This document shows, piece by piece, positions 49,790 through 58,443 of a DNA stretch of 64,000 bases (positions within the stretch are counted from its first letter, which is position 1; every line of letters starts with the position of its first letter). The translations under genes and the position numbers were made by a program. Under the pieces are notes generated by a model. That model was not told the origin of the DNA. It ran no database searches and saw only the letters and a list, made by a program, of their open reading frames with translations. Source of the DNA: an uncultured Candidatus Saccharibacteria bacterium (lineage in GTDB: Bacteria; Patescibacteriota; Saccharimonadia; Saccharimonadales; CAIOMD01); assembly GCA_963716565.1 (NCBI GenBank), contig OY970318.1:192830-256829 (forward strand), written 5' to 3'.

Positions 49790-49906
49790 ATGAAAGTGCG
49801 TGCCAGTGTTAAAAAAATCAGCCCCGACGACAAGATTGTACGTCGTAAGGGTCGTTTGTATGTTATTAATAAATTACGCCCCAAGCACAAGCAGAGGCAA
49901 GGTTAA
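49790..49906 (+). CDS. rpmJ: 50S ribosomal protein L36
   Basis: Not in the ORF track because it is too short. My translation is [38 protein letters not shown] (38 aa), preceded by AAGGAG. Confidence 0.85.
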   Translation: MKVRASVKKISPDDKIVRRKGRLYVINKLRPKHKQRQG

Positions 49907-49908
49907 AA

Positions 49909-50295
49909 ATGGCCAGAATTAGCGGAGTAACAATTCCTTCCGAAAAACAAGTCTGGGTAGCTTTAACTTATGTCTATGGTATTGGCCGTAAAACTTCTTA
50001 TTCTATTTTAGAAGTCGCCAAAGTTGACCCGACTACCAGGGTTAAAACTCTTACCGATGCCGAAATTAGCAAAATTCAAGACGAAATTAACGCTCGCTAC
50101 GAAGTAGAAGGCGATTTGCACCGTAAAGTAACTGCTAATATTAAGCGCCTAAAAGATATCAAAGCTTACCGCGGTTTACGTCACACTGCCAATTTACCGA
50201 GCCGTGGCCAACGTACTAGAACTAATGCTAGAACCCGCCGTGGTAAAAAAGTTACCGTTGGTGGCACAGCTAAAAAAGTAGCCGAGAAAACATAG
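49909..50295 (+). CDS. rpsM: 30S ribosomal protein S13
   Basis: It starts MARISGV and contains YRG.RH...LP.RGQRT.TNART. Confidence 0.95.
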   Translation: MARISGVTIPSEKQVWVALTYVYGIGRKTSYSILEVAKVDPTTRVKTLTDAEISKIQDEINARYEVEGDLHRKVTANIKRLKDIKAYRGLRHTANLPSRGQRTRTNARTRRGKKVTVGGTAKKVAEKT

Positions 50296-50303
50296 GATTA
50301 AAC

Positions 50304-50807
50304 ATGACTAAAGATACCCCTACAACCAAAGCAAAAGAAGAAGTTGTTGCCCAAGAAGAGCAGCTAGTTAAAGGCGAAGCTGTTGTTGAGACAGCCGAAA
50401 AAGCTCCAGAGACTACCGTAGCTACCGCTAAAGTTACTAAGAAGAAGAAAGTCAAAAAGCACGTTCCGGTTGGCCAAGTCCATATTCAGGCAACTTTTAA
50501 TAACACCATCATTACCGTAACCGATACTACTGGCAACGTAATCGCCACGGCTAGCGCCGGAAACTGCGGTTTTAGAGGCAGCAAAAAAGGCACCGCCTAT
50601 GCTGCTCAAATTGCTGTAGATAAAGCCATTACCATTGCCAAACAATTTGGCCTTGCCAAAGCTGATGTATACGTTAAAGGTATCGGGCTAGGACGAGATT
50701 CAGCCATCAGAGCCGTATCTAACAATGGCGTTACCGTTGACTCAATAAAAGATGTTACAGGCATTCCACACGGCGGTTGCCGGCCTAAGAAAGCTCGAAG
50801 GGTATAA
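50304..50807 (+). CDS. rpsK: 30S ribosomal protein S11 (with ~40-aa N-terminal extension)
   Basis: The uS11 core reads GQVHIQATFNNTIITVTD..GN....SAG..GF.GS.K. The start is uncertain. Confidence 0.9.
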   Translation: MTKDTPTTKAKEEVVAQEEQLVKGEAVVETAEKAPETTVATAKVTKKKKVKKHVPVGQVHIQATFNNTIITVTDTTGNVIATASAGNCGFRGSKKGTAYAAQIAVDKAITIAKQFGLAKADVYVKGIGLGRDSAIRAVSNNGVTVDSIKDVTGIPHGGCRPKKARRV

Positions 50808-50812
50808 GAATC

Positions 50813-51430
50813 ATGGCAAGAGATACACGTTCTATAACAAAGATGAGCCGTCGCGAAGGCTATGCTTTGCATCCTAAAGCTTTGAAGTATATGGTTAAGC
50901 GCTCTACTATTCCTGGCCAGCACGGCCGTAGCAATAGAAGGGTTACTAACAGCCAGTACTCCCTGCAATTACGAGAAAAACAGAAGGTAAAGCGCATCTA
51001 TGGCCTGCTAGAGAAACAATTTAGCAATCTTATGTCTGAAGCCAACCGCCAAAAAGACCAGTCTGGTACAGTTTTGCTACAAATGCTAGAAAGGCGCCTA
51101 GATAACGCCGTATACCGAGCCAACTTTGCCACTAGCCGTCGCGCTTCCCGCCAATTAGTTACTCACGGACACTTCTTGTTAAATGGCCGCCGCGTAGACA
51201 TCCCTTCAATTAGATTAAGCGTTGGCGACGTTTTAACGGTACGAGATCATAGCAAGAACACCGAATACTTTAAGCGACTCGACGACATCACCGGTGGTTC
51301 AGACGCGATAATTAGTTGGCTCAAGGTTGATCGTAAAAAGCTAAGTTTTACCGTTACGGGTATGCCTAGCCGAGACGACGCCGAGCCAGAAATTAATGAA
51401 CAATTAATCGTTGAGTACTACTCACGATAA
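50813..51430 (+). CDS. rpsD: 30S ribosomal protein S4
   Basis: uS4 sequence with an S4 RNA-binding domain (RLDNAVYR...SR..ARQLV.HGH). Confidence 0.93.
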   Translation: MARDTRSITKMSRREGYALHPKALKYMVKRSTIPGQHGRSNRRVTNSQYSLQLREKQKVKRIYGLLEKQFSNLMSEANRQKDQSGTVLLQMLERRLDNAVYRANFATSRRASRQLVTHGHFLLNGRRVDIPSIRLSVGDVLTVRDHSKNTEYFKRLDDITGGSDAIISWLKVDRKKLSFTVTGMPSRDDAEPEINEQLIVEYYSR

Positions 51431-51447
51431 AGGAGAAGAGACGAAAT

Positions 51448-52389
51448 ATGTCAAAAGTTATTCACACCCCGCTATTGGCGCAGATTGACGAACACAGCGA
51501 TTCGAGTGCAACTTTTGTTATTGAACCTTTGCATACCGGCTATGGTATGACTCTTGGCAATAGCATGCGCCGAGTGTTGCTATCCAGCATTGGTGGCGCC
51601 GCTATCACTTCGTTTAAAGTCGAAGGTGCCAGCCATGAATTCACAACTATTAAGGGCGTAAAAGAAGATATCGTTGATATCATGCTTGCTCTTAAAAAGA
51701 TTCGTTTTCGTGTTTTCTCCGACGAACCCCAGAACCTAAGGATTGTTCATGATGGCAAGGGCGTTGTAACTGCTAAAAGCATCCAGGTTAATGCCGACGT
51801 AGAAGTTGTTAACAAAGACCAAGTTATCGCTACCATCGACGACGCCAAAGCTAAATTAGTTATCGATATTGTTGTCGAAACTGGCCGCGGTTACCGCACC
51901 ATAGAAGAAAGCTCGGCTAAAAAAGCCAGCGACACAATTGCCTTAGACGCTATATTCAGCCCAGTCTTAAGAGTCCGCTACAAAGTAGAACACACCCGTG
52001 TTGGCCAAATTACCGACCTAGACAAGCTAATCATCACCATCGACACTGATGGTAGCATTACCGCTAAAGACGCTTTTGAAGAGTCCGCTGCCATATTAAT
52101 TAACCAATATACTGCGCTAGCTGGCCAAACCAGAGTTGAAGCCATCCCGGCCAACAAGGCTATTGCTTCTGACTACGGCATGGACGACAACGAAGATCCA
52201 GCCGAATTAATGGTTTCTATTGAAGACCTTAATTTAAGCGCCAGAACTACCAACGCCTTAATTAATAACGAAATTCACACTCTTAAAGACTTGTTCAGCT
52301 TGAGTGATGCCGAATTGCGCGACCTTAAAGGTTTTGGCCAAAAAGCCCTAGATGAAGTAAAAGATAAGCTCGCTGAGCTGGAATTGTAG
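51448..52389 (+). CDS. rpoA: DNA-directed RNA polymerase alpha subunit
   Basis: 313 aa. The N-terminal domain reads G.TLGNSMRRVLLSS and the C-terminal domain carries a helix-hairpin-helix (LNLSARTTNAL...I.TL.DL). Confidence 0.93.
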   Translation: MSKVIHTPLLAQIDEHSDSSATFVIEPLHTGYGMTLGNSMRRVLLSSIGGAAITSFKVEGASHEFTTIKGVKEDIVDIMLALKKIRFRVFSDEPQNLRIVHDGKGVVTAKSIQVNADVEVVNKDQVIATIDDAKAKLVIDIVVETGRGYRTIEESSAKKASDTIALDAIFSPVLRVRYKVEHTRVGQITDLDKLIITIDTDGSITAKDAFEESAAILINQYTALAGQTRVEAIPANKAIASDYGMDDNEDPAELMVSIEDLNLSARTTNALINNEIHTLKDLFSLSDAELRDLKGFGQKALDEVKDKLAELEL

Positions 52390-52400
52390 GAAGATTTAAT

Positions 52401-52898
52401 ATGCATCGTCACGGTTTTAAAGGTCGTAAATTCGGTCGCGAGCGCGACCAGCGCCGAGCTTTAATGAAAGGCTTAGCTAGTAATTTAGTGCTTAACGGCA
52501 GTATTGAAACTACCGAAGCCAAGGCTAAAGAAATTGTGCCTTATTTAGAAAAGTTAATTACCACTGCTAAAAAGGGTGATCTAGCTGCTAGACGCCGCGT
52601 TATTTCTAAGCTGGCTAACGTTCAAAGCGGTCACAAGCTAGTAGACGAAATTGCTCCTAAATTATCAGGGCGAACCAGTGGCCATTTACGCATTAAGCCG
52701 ACTGCTACTAGACGAGGCGATAACGCTCAAATGTACAAAGTTAGCTTTGTTGATGATTTAAAAGCCAAGGCTAAGCCAGCCGAAGCCGATGTTAAAGAAG
52801 AATCCACCAATGCTAAAGTTAAGATAGCAAAGACTGCCAAACCTAAAGCCGTAGCCAAGCCCAAGGCTAAGCCGGCTGCTAAAAAAGAGGTTAAATAA
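52401..52898 (+). CDS. rplQ: 50S ribosomal protein L17 (Lys/Ala-rich C-terminal extension)
   Basis: It starts MHRHGFKGRKFGRERDQRRALMKGLA and contains GH.RI. Confidence 0.92.
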   Translation: MHRHGFKGRKFGRERDQRRALMKGLASNLVLNGSIETTEAKAKEIVPYLEKLITTAKKGDLAARRRVISKLANVQSGHKLVDEIAPKLSGRTSGHLRIKPTATRRGDNAQMYKVSFVDDLKAKAKPAEADVKEESTNAKVKIAKTAKPKAVAKPKAKPAAKKEVK

Positions 52899-53410
52899 TG
52901 AGCGAAGTTAAGAAACCCACTACCAAGAAAACTGCCGTTAAAGAAGTTGCTACGCCAGCCGCAACTAAACCTAAAGCCTACAGATCTTTTAGCGCTAAGC
53001 CTAGCAATGTAACTCGCCAGTGGTACCTAATAGATGCTTCTGAGGCCCCGCTAGGCCGTTTGGCTACTAAAGTGGCTACTTTGTTAACTGGCAAGGGCAA
53101 GCCAATCTATACGCATCATATCGACTGTGGCGACTACGTTGTTATAGTTAACGCCGATAACCTAGTAATTACCGGTAATAAGTTGGCCGATAAGAAATAT
53201 TACCGCCATAGCGAATATCCAGGCAACCTTAAAACCGCTACTTTGACCGAAAAAATGGCCAAAGACAGCCGTGAGGTTTTGCGCCTAGCTATTAGGGGCA
53301 TGCTGCCAAAGAATAAATTGATGGACGGACGCTTGCAAAGACTGAAGATTTATAAAGGCTTAGAGCACAGTAACACCGCTCAAAGACCCCAGAAAGTGAG
53401 CATTAAATAA
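52898..53410 (+). CDS. rplM: 50S ribosomal protein L13 (N-terminal extension)
   Basis: The uL13 core reads WYLIDASEAPLGRLA...L.GK.KP.YT.H.D.GD.V.V.NA. Confidence 0.92.
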   Translation: MSEVKKPTTKKTAVKEVATPAATKPKAYRSFSAKPSNVTRQWYLIDASEAPLGRLATKVATLLTGKGKPIYTHHIDCGDYVVIVNADNLVITGNKLADKKYYRHSEYPGNLKTATLTEKMAKDSREVLRLAIRGMLPKNKLMDGRLQRLKIYKGLEHSNTAQRPQKVSIK

Positions 53411-53811
53411 TGACTACCAAAAGAGAATACACCTACGCCCTAGGGCGTCGTAAGAGTTCTACCGCCAGAGTAAGACTATATAAAGGCAAGGGCGCAATTG
53501 TGATTAACGCCAAAGACTACACCAGTTATTTTGGCAACAGCCAAGATCTTCTAAATCGTATTATGAAGCCTTTCGTTCTGTTAGATAAAGTTGGCCAGTA
53601 CGACGTGTCTGTTGTGGTTGCCGGTGGGGGCCATGGCGGCCAAGCCGACGCCATAAGCCTAGGCATTGCCAAAGCTTTGGTAATTATTAACGAAGAATTC
53701 AAAGCCACCCTTAAAAAGGCTGATTTACTGGGCCGCGACCCACGCGAAAAAGAACGCAAGAAGTTTGGCCTAAAAGGCGCTCGCAAACAACGCCAGTTCA
53801 CCAAACGTTAA
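53410..53811 (+). CDS. rpsI: 30S ribosomal protein S9
   Basis: It contains GRRK.S.ARV and the C-terminal ...RK.FGLKGARKQRQFTKR. Confidence 0.94.
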   Translation: MTTKREYTYALGRRKSSTARVRLYKGKGAIVINAKDYTSYFGNSQDLLNRIMKPFVLLDKVGQYDVSVVVAGGGHGGQADAISLGIAKALVIINEEFKATLKKADLLGRDPREKERKKFGLKGARKQRQFTKR

Positions 53812-53834
53812 CCATTGTTCATTTTTTGCATCAA

Positions 53835-53860
53835 AACCCGCTTACAGTAGCGGGTTTTTT
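53835..53860 (+). terminator. Rho-independent terminator ending the ribosomal superoperon
   Basis: The stem aacccgct/agcgggtt is followed by a T6 run. Confidence 0.75.
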
Positions 53861-53903
53861 GGTTCTTTCAAGGATTTGTTTAAGCTAGGGTATAATTGAG
53901 GCT

Positions 53904-54947
53904 ATGAATAAAGAGATTGTTTTAACGGGTCTTAGAACTAATGCCGAATATCATTTAGGTAACTACCTGGGCGCTATTCTGCCAATGGTAGAACGAGCCA
54001 ACAATTTGGCTGGTAAATACCAAGTTAATCTGTTTGCGCCGGATTTACATAGCTTTACAACGCCAATCGACCATAGCAAGCTATATGCTCAAACAATGCA
54101 CAACCTAAGGCTGTTTGCAGCCGCTGGAATGCCCCTAAATAACCCAGACGTCTTTATATATCGCCAAAGCTTTGTGCCCGCCGTGAGCGAGTTGGCAATC
54201 ATTCTTAATAACTTCACTTATTTTGGCGAGCTTAGCCGGATGATTCAATTCAAAGAAAAGAGTACCCAAAACGGTGATAACGTCACCGCTGGCCTGTTAG
54301 ACTACCCAGTTTTAATGGCTGCCGACATTTTAGCCTACGGCGCTAAGTGGGTGCCGGTTGGCGACGACCAAACCCAGCACCTAGAATTTGCCCGTGATAT
54401 TGCTCAAAGAATCAATAATAAATTTGGCAATATCTTCGTTGTACCAGAACCAGTTGCCAAACAGCACGAATTTGTTGGCAAAAGCCAAGGTACACGCATT
54501 ATGAGCTTGCGTAGCCCAGAAAATAAAATGAGTAAGAGTGTTGATGACCCAGCTGGTACCATCCAACTAAGCGACACCCCCGAAGAAGCCGCCAAAAAGG
54601 TTATGAGCGCTACTACCGACTCAGTCGGTAAAATTCTATTCGATTGTAAAAAACAACCTGGCATATCAAATCTGTTACAAATACTAGCCTTATTGACTTG
54701 CAAATCCGAAGACGAAATGAAGGTTGAGTGGCAGGGCAAAACCAGTTACGGCGATCTAAAAAGCGCTGTAGCTAAAGAAGTTGGTAATTTATTAACAAAA
54801 CTGCAATCCAGCCTTAATACAGTTAGCGAAGAAGCCATCCTAGCTAAATTAACAGCTTCTGAAGCTGAAATGAATAAAATAGCCGGCGTACAGCTATCCA
54901 AAGTTCAGCAGGCTATTGGCTTAAGACCTGCCCAAAATGCCAACTAA
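53904..54947 (+). CDS. trpS: Tryptophanyl-tRNA synthetase
   Basis: 347 aa. It has a HIGH-like YHLGNY motif, a KMSKS motif and GDDQTQH. Confidence 0.88.
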   Translation: MNKEIVLTGLRTNAEYHLGNYLGAILPMVERANNLAGKYQVNLFAPDLHSFTTPIDHSKLYAQTMHNLRLFAAAGMPLNNPDVFIYRQSFVPAVSELAIILNNFTYFGELSRMIQFKEKSTQNGDNVTAGLLDYPVLMAADILAYGAKWVPVGDDQTQHLEFARDIAQRINNKFGNIFVVPEPVAKQHEFVGKSQGTRIMSLRSPENKMSKSVDDPAGTIQLSDTPEEAAKKVMSATTDSVGKILFDCKKQPGISNLLQILALLTCKSEDEMKVEWQGKTSYGDLKSAVAKEVGNLLTKLQSSLNTVSEEAILAKLTASEAEMNKIAGVQLSKVQQAIGLRPAQNAN

Positions 54948-55830
54948 AAACATCGTTAACGATAGCAAGAAACCAGTACGAGCAGATACGCTTTTGACTT
55001 TGGCATATCCTGATTATTCTCGCTCAGCTTTAGTTAAGTTATTCGATCTAGGAGTTATTACTAAAACTAAACGCCCCCTGAGGCCTGGTGACAAAATCCA
55101 GCCCAACGATAAAATCGTGGCCGATATTAGCGCCCTGCAAAAACCAGCTGAAGCTATAGAGCTGCCTATTTTATACGAAGATGAAAACGTAATTGTAATT
55201 GATAAGCCAGTTGGCGTTATTAGCCACGCTAGGGGCAGATATTGGGACGAAGCCTCAGTTGCCAGCTTCGTCCGCAGTAAAGTTACCAGTGACCTTAACA
55301 ACAAAGGGGCTGGCCTGCCTGGCTGGTCGCCAGAACGGCCAGGGATAGTGCATAGATTAGACCGCGCTACCAGTGGCGTAATGATTTGCGCCAAAAACCC
55401 TAAAACAATGAGCTTGCTACAGAAACAGTTTGCCCAGCGCAAAACCAAAAAGAGTTATTTGGCGATAATTGAAGGCACATTAGAGCCAAAGTCGGCCTTA
55501 ATTGACGTACCAATCGATCGTAACCCCAAAAAACCACAAACTTTTGAACCTAGCGCAAAAGGCAAGCCATCCCAAACCCAGTATGAAGTTATCAATACCA
55601 CCAATAAATACTCACTGGTTAAACTAACGCCAGCCACCGGTCGCACTCACCAGCTAAGAGTTCATTTAAAGTATTTAAATCATCCCATAGTGGGCGACGA
55701 ATTATACGGTGGCCAACCGGCCGAACGGCTTTATTTACACGCTAACACATTAGAAATTACTCTGCCAGGCGGGCACAGAAAAGTTTTTGAAAGCCCAATG
55801 CCAACTAGTTTTGATAAGCTATTATCATGA
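54937..55830 (+). CDS. RluA-family 23S rRNA pseudouridine synthase (RluD-like, with S4 domain)
   Basis: It has the HRLDRATSGVM catalytic motif and GRTHQLRVH. Confidence 0.85.
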   Translation: MPTKNIVNDSKKPVRADTLLTLAYPDYSRSALVKLFDLGVITKTKRPLRPGDKIQPNDKIVADISALQKPAEAIELPILYEDENVIVIDKPVGVISHARGRYWDEASVASFVRSKVTSDLNNKGAGLPGWSPERPGIVHRLDRATSGVMICAKNPKTMSLLQKQFAQRKTKKSYLAIIEGTLEPKSALIDVPIDRNPKKPQTFEPSAKGKPSQTQYEVINTTNKYSLVKLTPATGRTHQLRVHLKYLNHPIVGDELYGGQPAERLYLHANTLEITLPGGHRKVFESPMPTSFDKLLS

Positions 55831-56665
55831 ATTTGCTGTTTAACCCTATCGCTGCTAAGCACTACCAGTCTTTTAAAGATGATGCGCCCCAGTGTTTGGT
55901 ACTAGTTGCCCCAGCCGGCAGTGGCAAAGAAACAGTCTTAAAACAGCTAGCTCAAGATATAATGGGCGAAAAATCACTCGGCCGACTATTCGAAATACTC
56001 CCCGAAGCCGATAAAGATTCTATTGGCATAGATGCCATCAGGGAACTTAAGCTGTCTTTACGTTTAAAGTCTAACGACCAACGCGTAGTTTTAATAAACC
56101 AGGCCGAAAAACTTACCCAAGAAGCCCAAAACAGCATTTTAAAACTCTTAGAAAACACCCCAAAAATACTCACTTTTTAATGGGTGCCAACGACTTGAAC
56201 GGCTTGCTAGAAACTATTCTGTCTAGATCTGTTATATGGAACTTTGTAAACCCCACAACTAAGCAAATAAAAGAGTACTTCGGTTCGTTCGATGGGCCTA
56301 AATTAGATAAAGCTATTGCCATTAGCGGCAACAGAGTCGGCTTAATACAGGCTATTTTGAACCAAGACACCGAGCACCCGTTAATCCAGGCTATCGATTC
56401 CGCCAAATCAATACTTAGCAGTAACCACTTCGATAGATTGCTTAAGATCGAGACTCTACATAAAGACCCCAAACAAGTTCTTTTAATACTCGAAGCCCTT
56501 GGATTAATTAGCAAGAGTGCCCTAGAATATTCGGCGGCCAAGAATGATATTAAACAGGTAAAGCAATGGCACAGACGATTAAATGTTGTTATTGAGGCCA
56601 CTCAGCTGATTAGATCAAATATTAATACCAAATTAGTGCTTTCTAAAACTTTCTTAGTGATATAA
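55827..56665 (+). CDS. holB: DNA polymerase III delta' subunit-like clamp-loader protein, one frame break
   Basis: 55827-56180 carries a P-loop (APAGSGKE) and ...LKLLENTPK. 56180-56665 continues with ...LLETILSRS (T.LSR motif). The frame changes near 56165-56180. Confidence 0.6.
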
Positions 56666-56678
56666 TTAAAATCACCTA

Positions 56679-57332
56679 ATGATAGAAACTATTATCGTAG
56701 TTGCGGTTGGTGCTTTGCTTTTAAGAGCCACCTACAAGAGTGAAAACACTCCTGAAATTTCTGAAGTTTTGGGCGATAAACTGGGCCGTTTGTGGCAAAT
56801 AGCTTTTCAGGGAATGCGCGAAAATAAACTGTTAAGAGCCGAGAAGGCCCTGCTAACAATTTTAAAGATAGACGAAAAAAACGCCGCTGCCTATAACCGC
56901 CTAGGCATCCTTTATGCCAAGCAAAAAGAATTTAAAGATGCCATCGATTGCTTTGAGATTGCCTCTAGTATAGAAAAGAGTGCCTCTAGCCTGCATAACT
57001 TAGGCCTGATTTATTACGAGACCGGCGATTACAATAAAGCTAGTACCGCCTTTGAGCAGGCGATTGATTTAGAAGATAACATGGCCGCCAGGCATATTGC
57101 CTTAGCCAAAGTTCAAGAGAAGCTTGGTAATGATAAGAGAATGATTGCTGAACTGATTAAGGCCTCCCAGTTAGAGCCTAACCGCGAAACTTATTCGCTA
57201 CTGCTAAAAGCCTACGAAATCCATAATATGAAACCCGAGGCTGACTTATTGCGTCGCCGCATATCTCGCCTAAGCACCCGCCCTCTTGCTAGGCCACAAC
57301 GCGTCACCCGCGCCCCCCGCGTAGTAGTTTAG
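56679..57332 (+). CDS. TPR repeat protein with an N-terminal TM helix
   Basis: It has repeated A..Y..LG..Y......A...F..A TPR-like units, a hydrophobic N-terminus and a basic C-terminus. Confidence 0.65.
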   Translation: MIETIIVVAVGALLLRATYKSENTPEISEVLGDKLGRLWQIAFQGMRENKLLRAEKALLTILKIDEKNAAAYNRLGILYAKQKEFKDAIDCFEIASSIEKSASSLHNLGLIYYETGDYNKASTAFEQAIDLEDNMAARHIALAKVQEKLGNDKRMIAELIKASQLEPNRETYSLLLKAYEIHNMKPEADLLRRRISRLSTRPLARPQRVTRAPRVVV

Positions 57333-57510
57333 CTTTCTGAGGTGGAATCTTTGTCTATTTTTTGCTAGTATAACCCCTGGTGTTTAAACCAAGTTTAATA
57401 AACCAACCTGCGATTAGCAGATGTTTGTTAAACTTAAGAGGAAGAAATGCGAAAGGCGAAAGTAAACATATCTTCAATTGTTTACGGCAGCCGACAGCAA
57501 TTTCTGACGT

Positions 57511-57587
57511 GCCGACATAGCTCAGCTGGCCAGAGCGGCTGTTTTGTAAACAGCGGGTCGTGGGTTCGAATCCCTCTGTCGGCTCCA
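57511..57587 (+). tRNA. tRNA-Thr (anticodon TGT), CCA encoded
   Basis: Hand-folded cloverleaf: acceptor gccgaca/tgtcggc, anticodon arm gctgt-tttgtaa-acagc, T-arm gtggg-ttcgaat-ccctc (one U-U mismatch). Confidence 0.85.
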
Positions 57588-57694
57588 TTTAGGCATAACT
57601 ATTGCGAGAATGCCTAAAAGACTATCCGTGAGGGAGAGTCCAGGGAGGTGTTAATGGGTACGTATCTGTAGTAAAATACGGTTACGCACCGTAT

Positions 57695-57780
57695 GCAGGG
57701 TTAGTGAAGCGGTCAAACACGGCAGACTGTAAATCTGTTGGCTTTCGCCTTCGTAGGTTCGAATCCTACACCCTGCACCA
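57695..57780 (+). tRNA. tRNA-Tyr (anticodon GTA), long variable arm, CCA encoded
   Basis: Acceptor gcagggt/accctgc, anticodon arm gcaga-ctgtaaa-tctgt, T-arm gtagg-ttcgaat-cctac. Confidence 0.88.
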
Positions 57781-57788
57781 AGCATAGA

Positions 57789-57810
57789 CCCCGCTTAATG
57801 CGGGGTTTTT
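57789..57810 (+). terminator. Rho-independent terminator after tRNA-Tyr
   Basis: The stem ccccgc/gcgggg is followed by a T5 run. Confidence 0.65.
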
Positions 57811-57836
57811 GCTTGGTTTGGTTATATGGTTTTGTA

Positions 57837-57937
57837 CTACGAAGCAGTTTGCGAAGCAAGCCTTCGTAGGTTCGTGTAGCGATTAGCGAAAATAGTCGGG
57901 CGCTTTAGCCCCGACGCTACTTCTACACCCTGCACCA
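57837..57937 (+). other. tRNA-Tyr 3'-end echo: variable/T-stem copy and acceptor 3' strand plus CCA, with the T-loop replaced by the 46-nt conserved GC hairpin module
   Basis: gccttcgtaggttcg (57860-57874) equals 57747-57761. ctacaccctgcacca (57923-57937) equals 57766-57780. The insert at 57875-57920 is homologous to 7533-7579. ctacgaag (57837-57844) is complementary to cttcgtag (57862-57869). Confidence 0.6.
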
Positions 57938-57973
57938 AATAAATGAGCCCACTTTATGTGGGTTTATTTATTT

Positions 57974-58002
57974 GGTTCGAGATCCAGTACTATTCCTACA
58001 CC
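57974..58002 (+). other. Second, more degraded echo of the tRNA-Tyr T-arm
   Basis: ggttcgagatcc, then agtactat, then tcctacacc (the tRNA reads ggttcgaatcctacacc). A T6 run follows. Confidence 0.45.
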
Positions 58003-58048
58003 TTTTTTCATTGGCCATAACTGCATCCTCTGTTAAAATTGTAGATGC

Positions 58049-58123
58049 GCCGACATAGCTCAGTGGTAGAGCACCTCCATGGTAAGGAGGGGGTCCCGAG
58101 TTCAAGTCTCGGTGTCGGCTCCA
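58049..58123 (+). tRNA. tRNA-Thr (anticodon GGT), CCA encoded
   Basis: Acceptor gccgaca/tgtcggc, anticodon arm cctcc-atggtaa-ggagg, T-arm ccgag-ttcaagt-ctcgg. TGTTAAAAT (extended -10) sits about 10 nt upstream. Confidence 0.88.
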
Positions 58124-58187
58124 TTTTAAGCATTGAATATTATCTTAAAATAAGATAGAATGTAGCAAACCTGAAAGGTTATTTTTT

Positions 58188-58394
58188 ATGGCTAAGAAAT
58201 CACTAAAGCGAAAAACTATTGGACTCGTCTGCGAAAGCTGCGGACAGAGGCATTATTACACGACCAAAAATACCCAGAATACACCAGACAAGTTAATCCT
58301 TAAAAAATATTGCCCAACAAGCCGAACCATTGCCAAGCATACCGAAACTACTAAAAACCTTGGCCGCAACGTCGTAAAAGCTAAAAAGTCTTAA
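58188..58394 (+). CDS. rpmG: 50S ribosomal protein L33
   Basis: It reads C.SCG.R.YYTTKN..NTPDKL.LKKYCP and has a basic C-terminal extension. Confidence 0.85.
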   Translation: MAKKSLKRKTIGLVCESCGQRHYYTTKNTQNTPDKLILKKYCPTSRTIAKHTETTKNLGRNVVKAKKS

Positions 58395-58416
58395 TTTATC
58401 TTTACTAATTAGAATT

Positions 58417-58439
58417 ACGCCCTTTAGAGGGCGTTTTTT
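58417..58439 (+). terminator. Rho-independent terminator after rpmG
   Basis: The stem acgccct/agggcgt is followed by a T6 run. Confidence 0.7.
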
Positions 58440-58443
58440 ATTT

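Noticed and set aside
57355-57588. The 77-aa minus-strand ORF.
   Set aside because: It overlaps tRNA-Thr(TGT) and its upstream spacer. It has no SD and no recognisable protein features, so I treat it as spurious.
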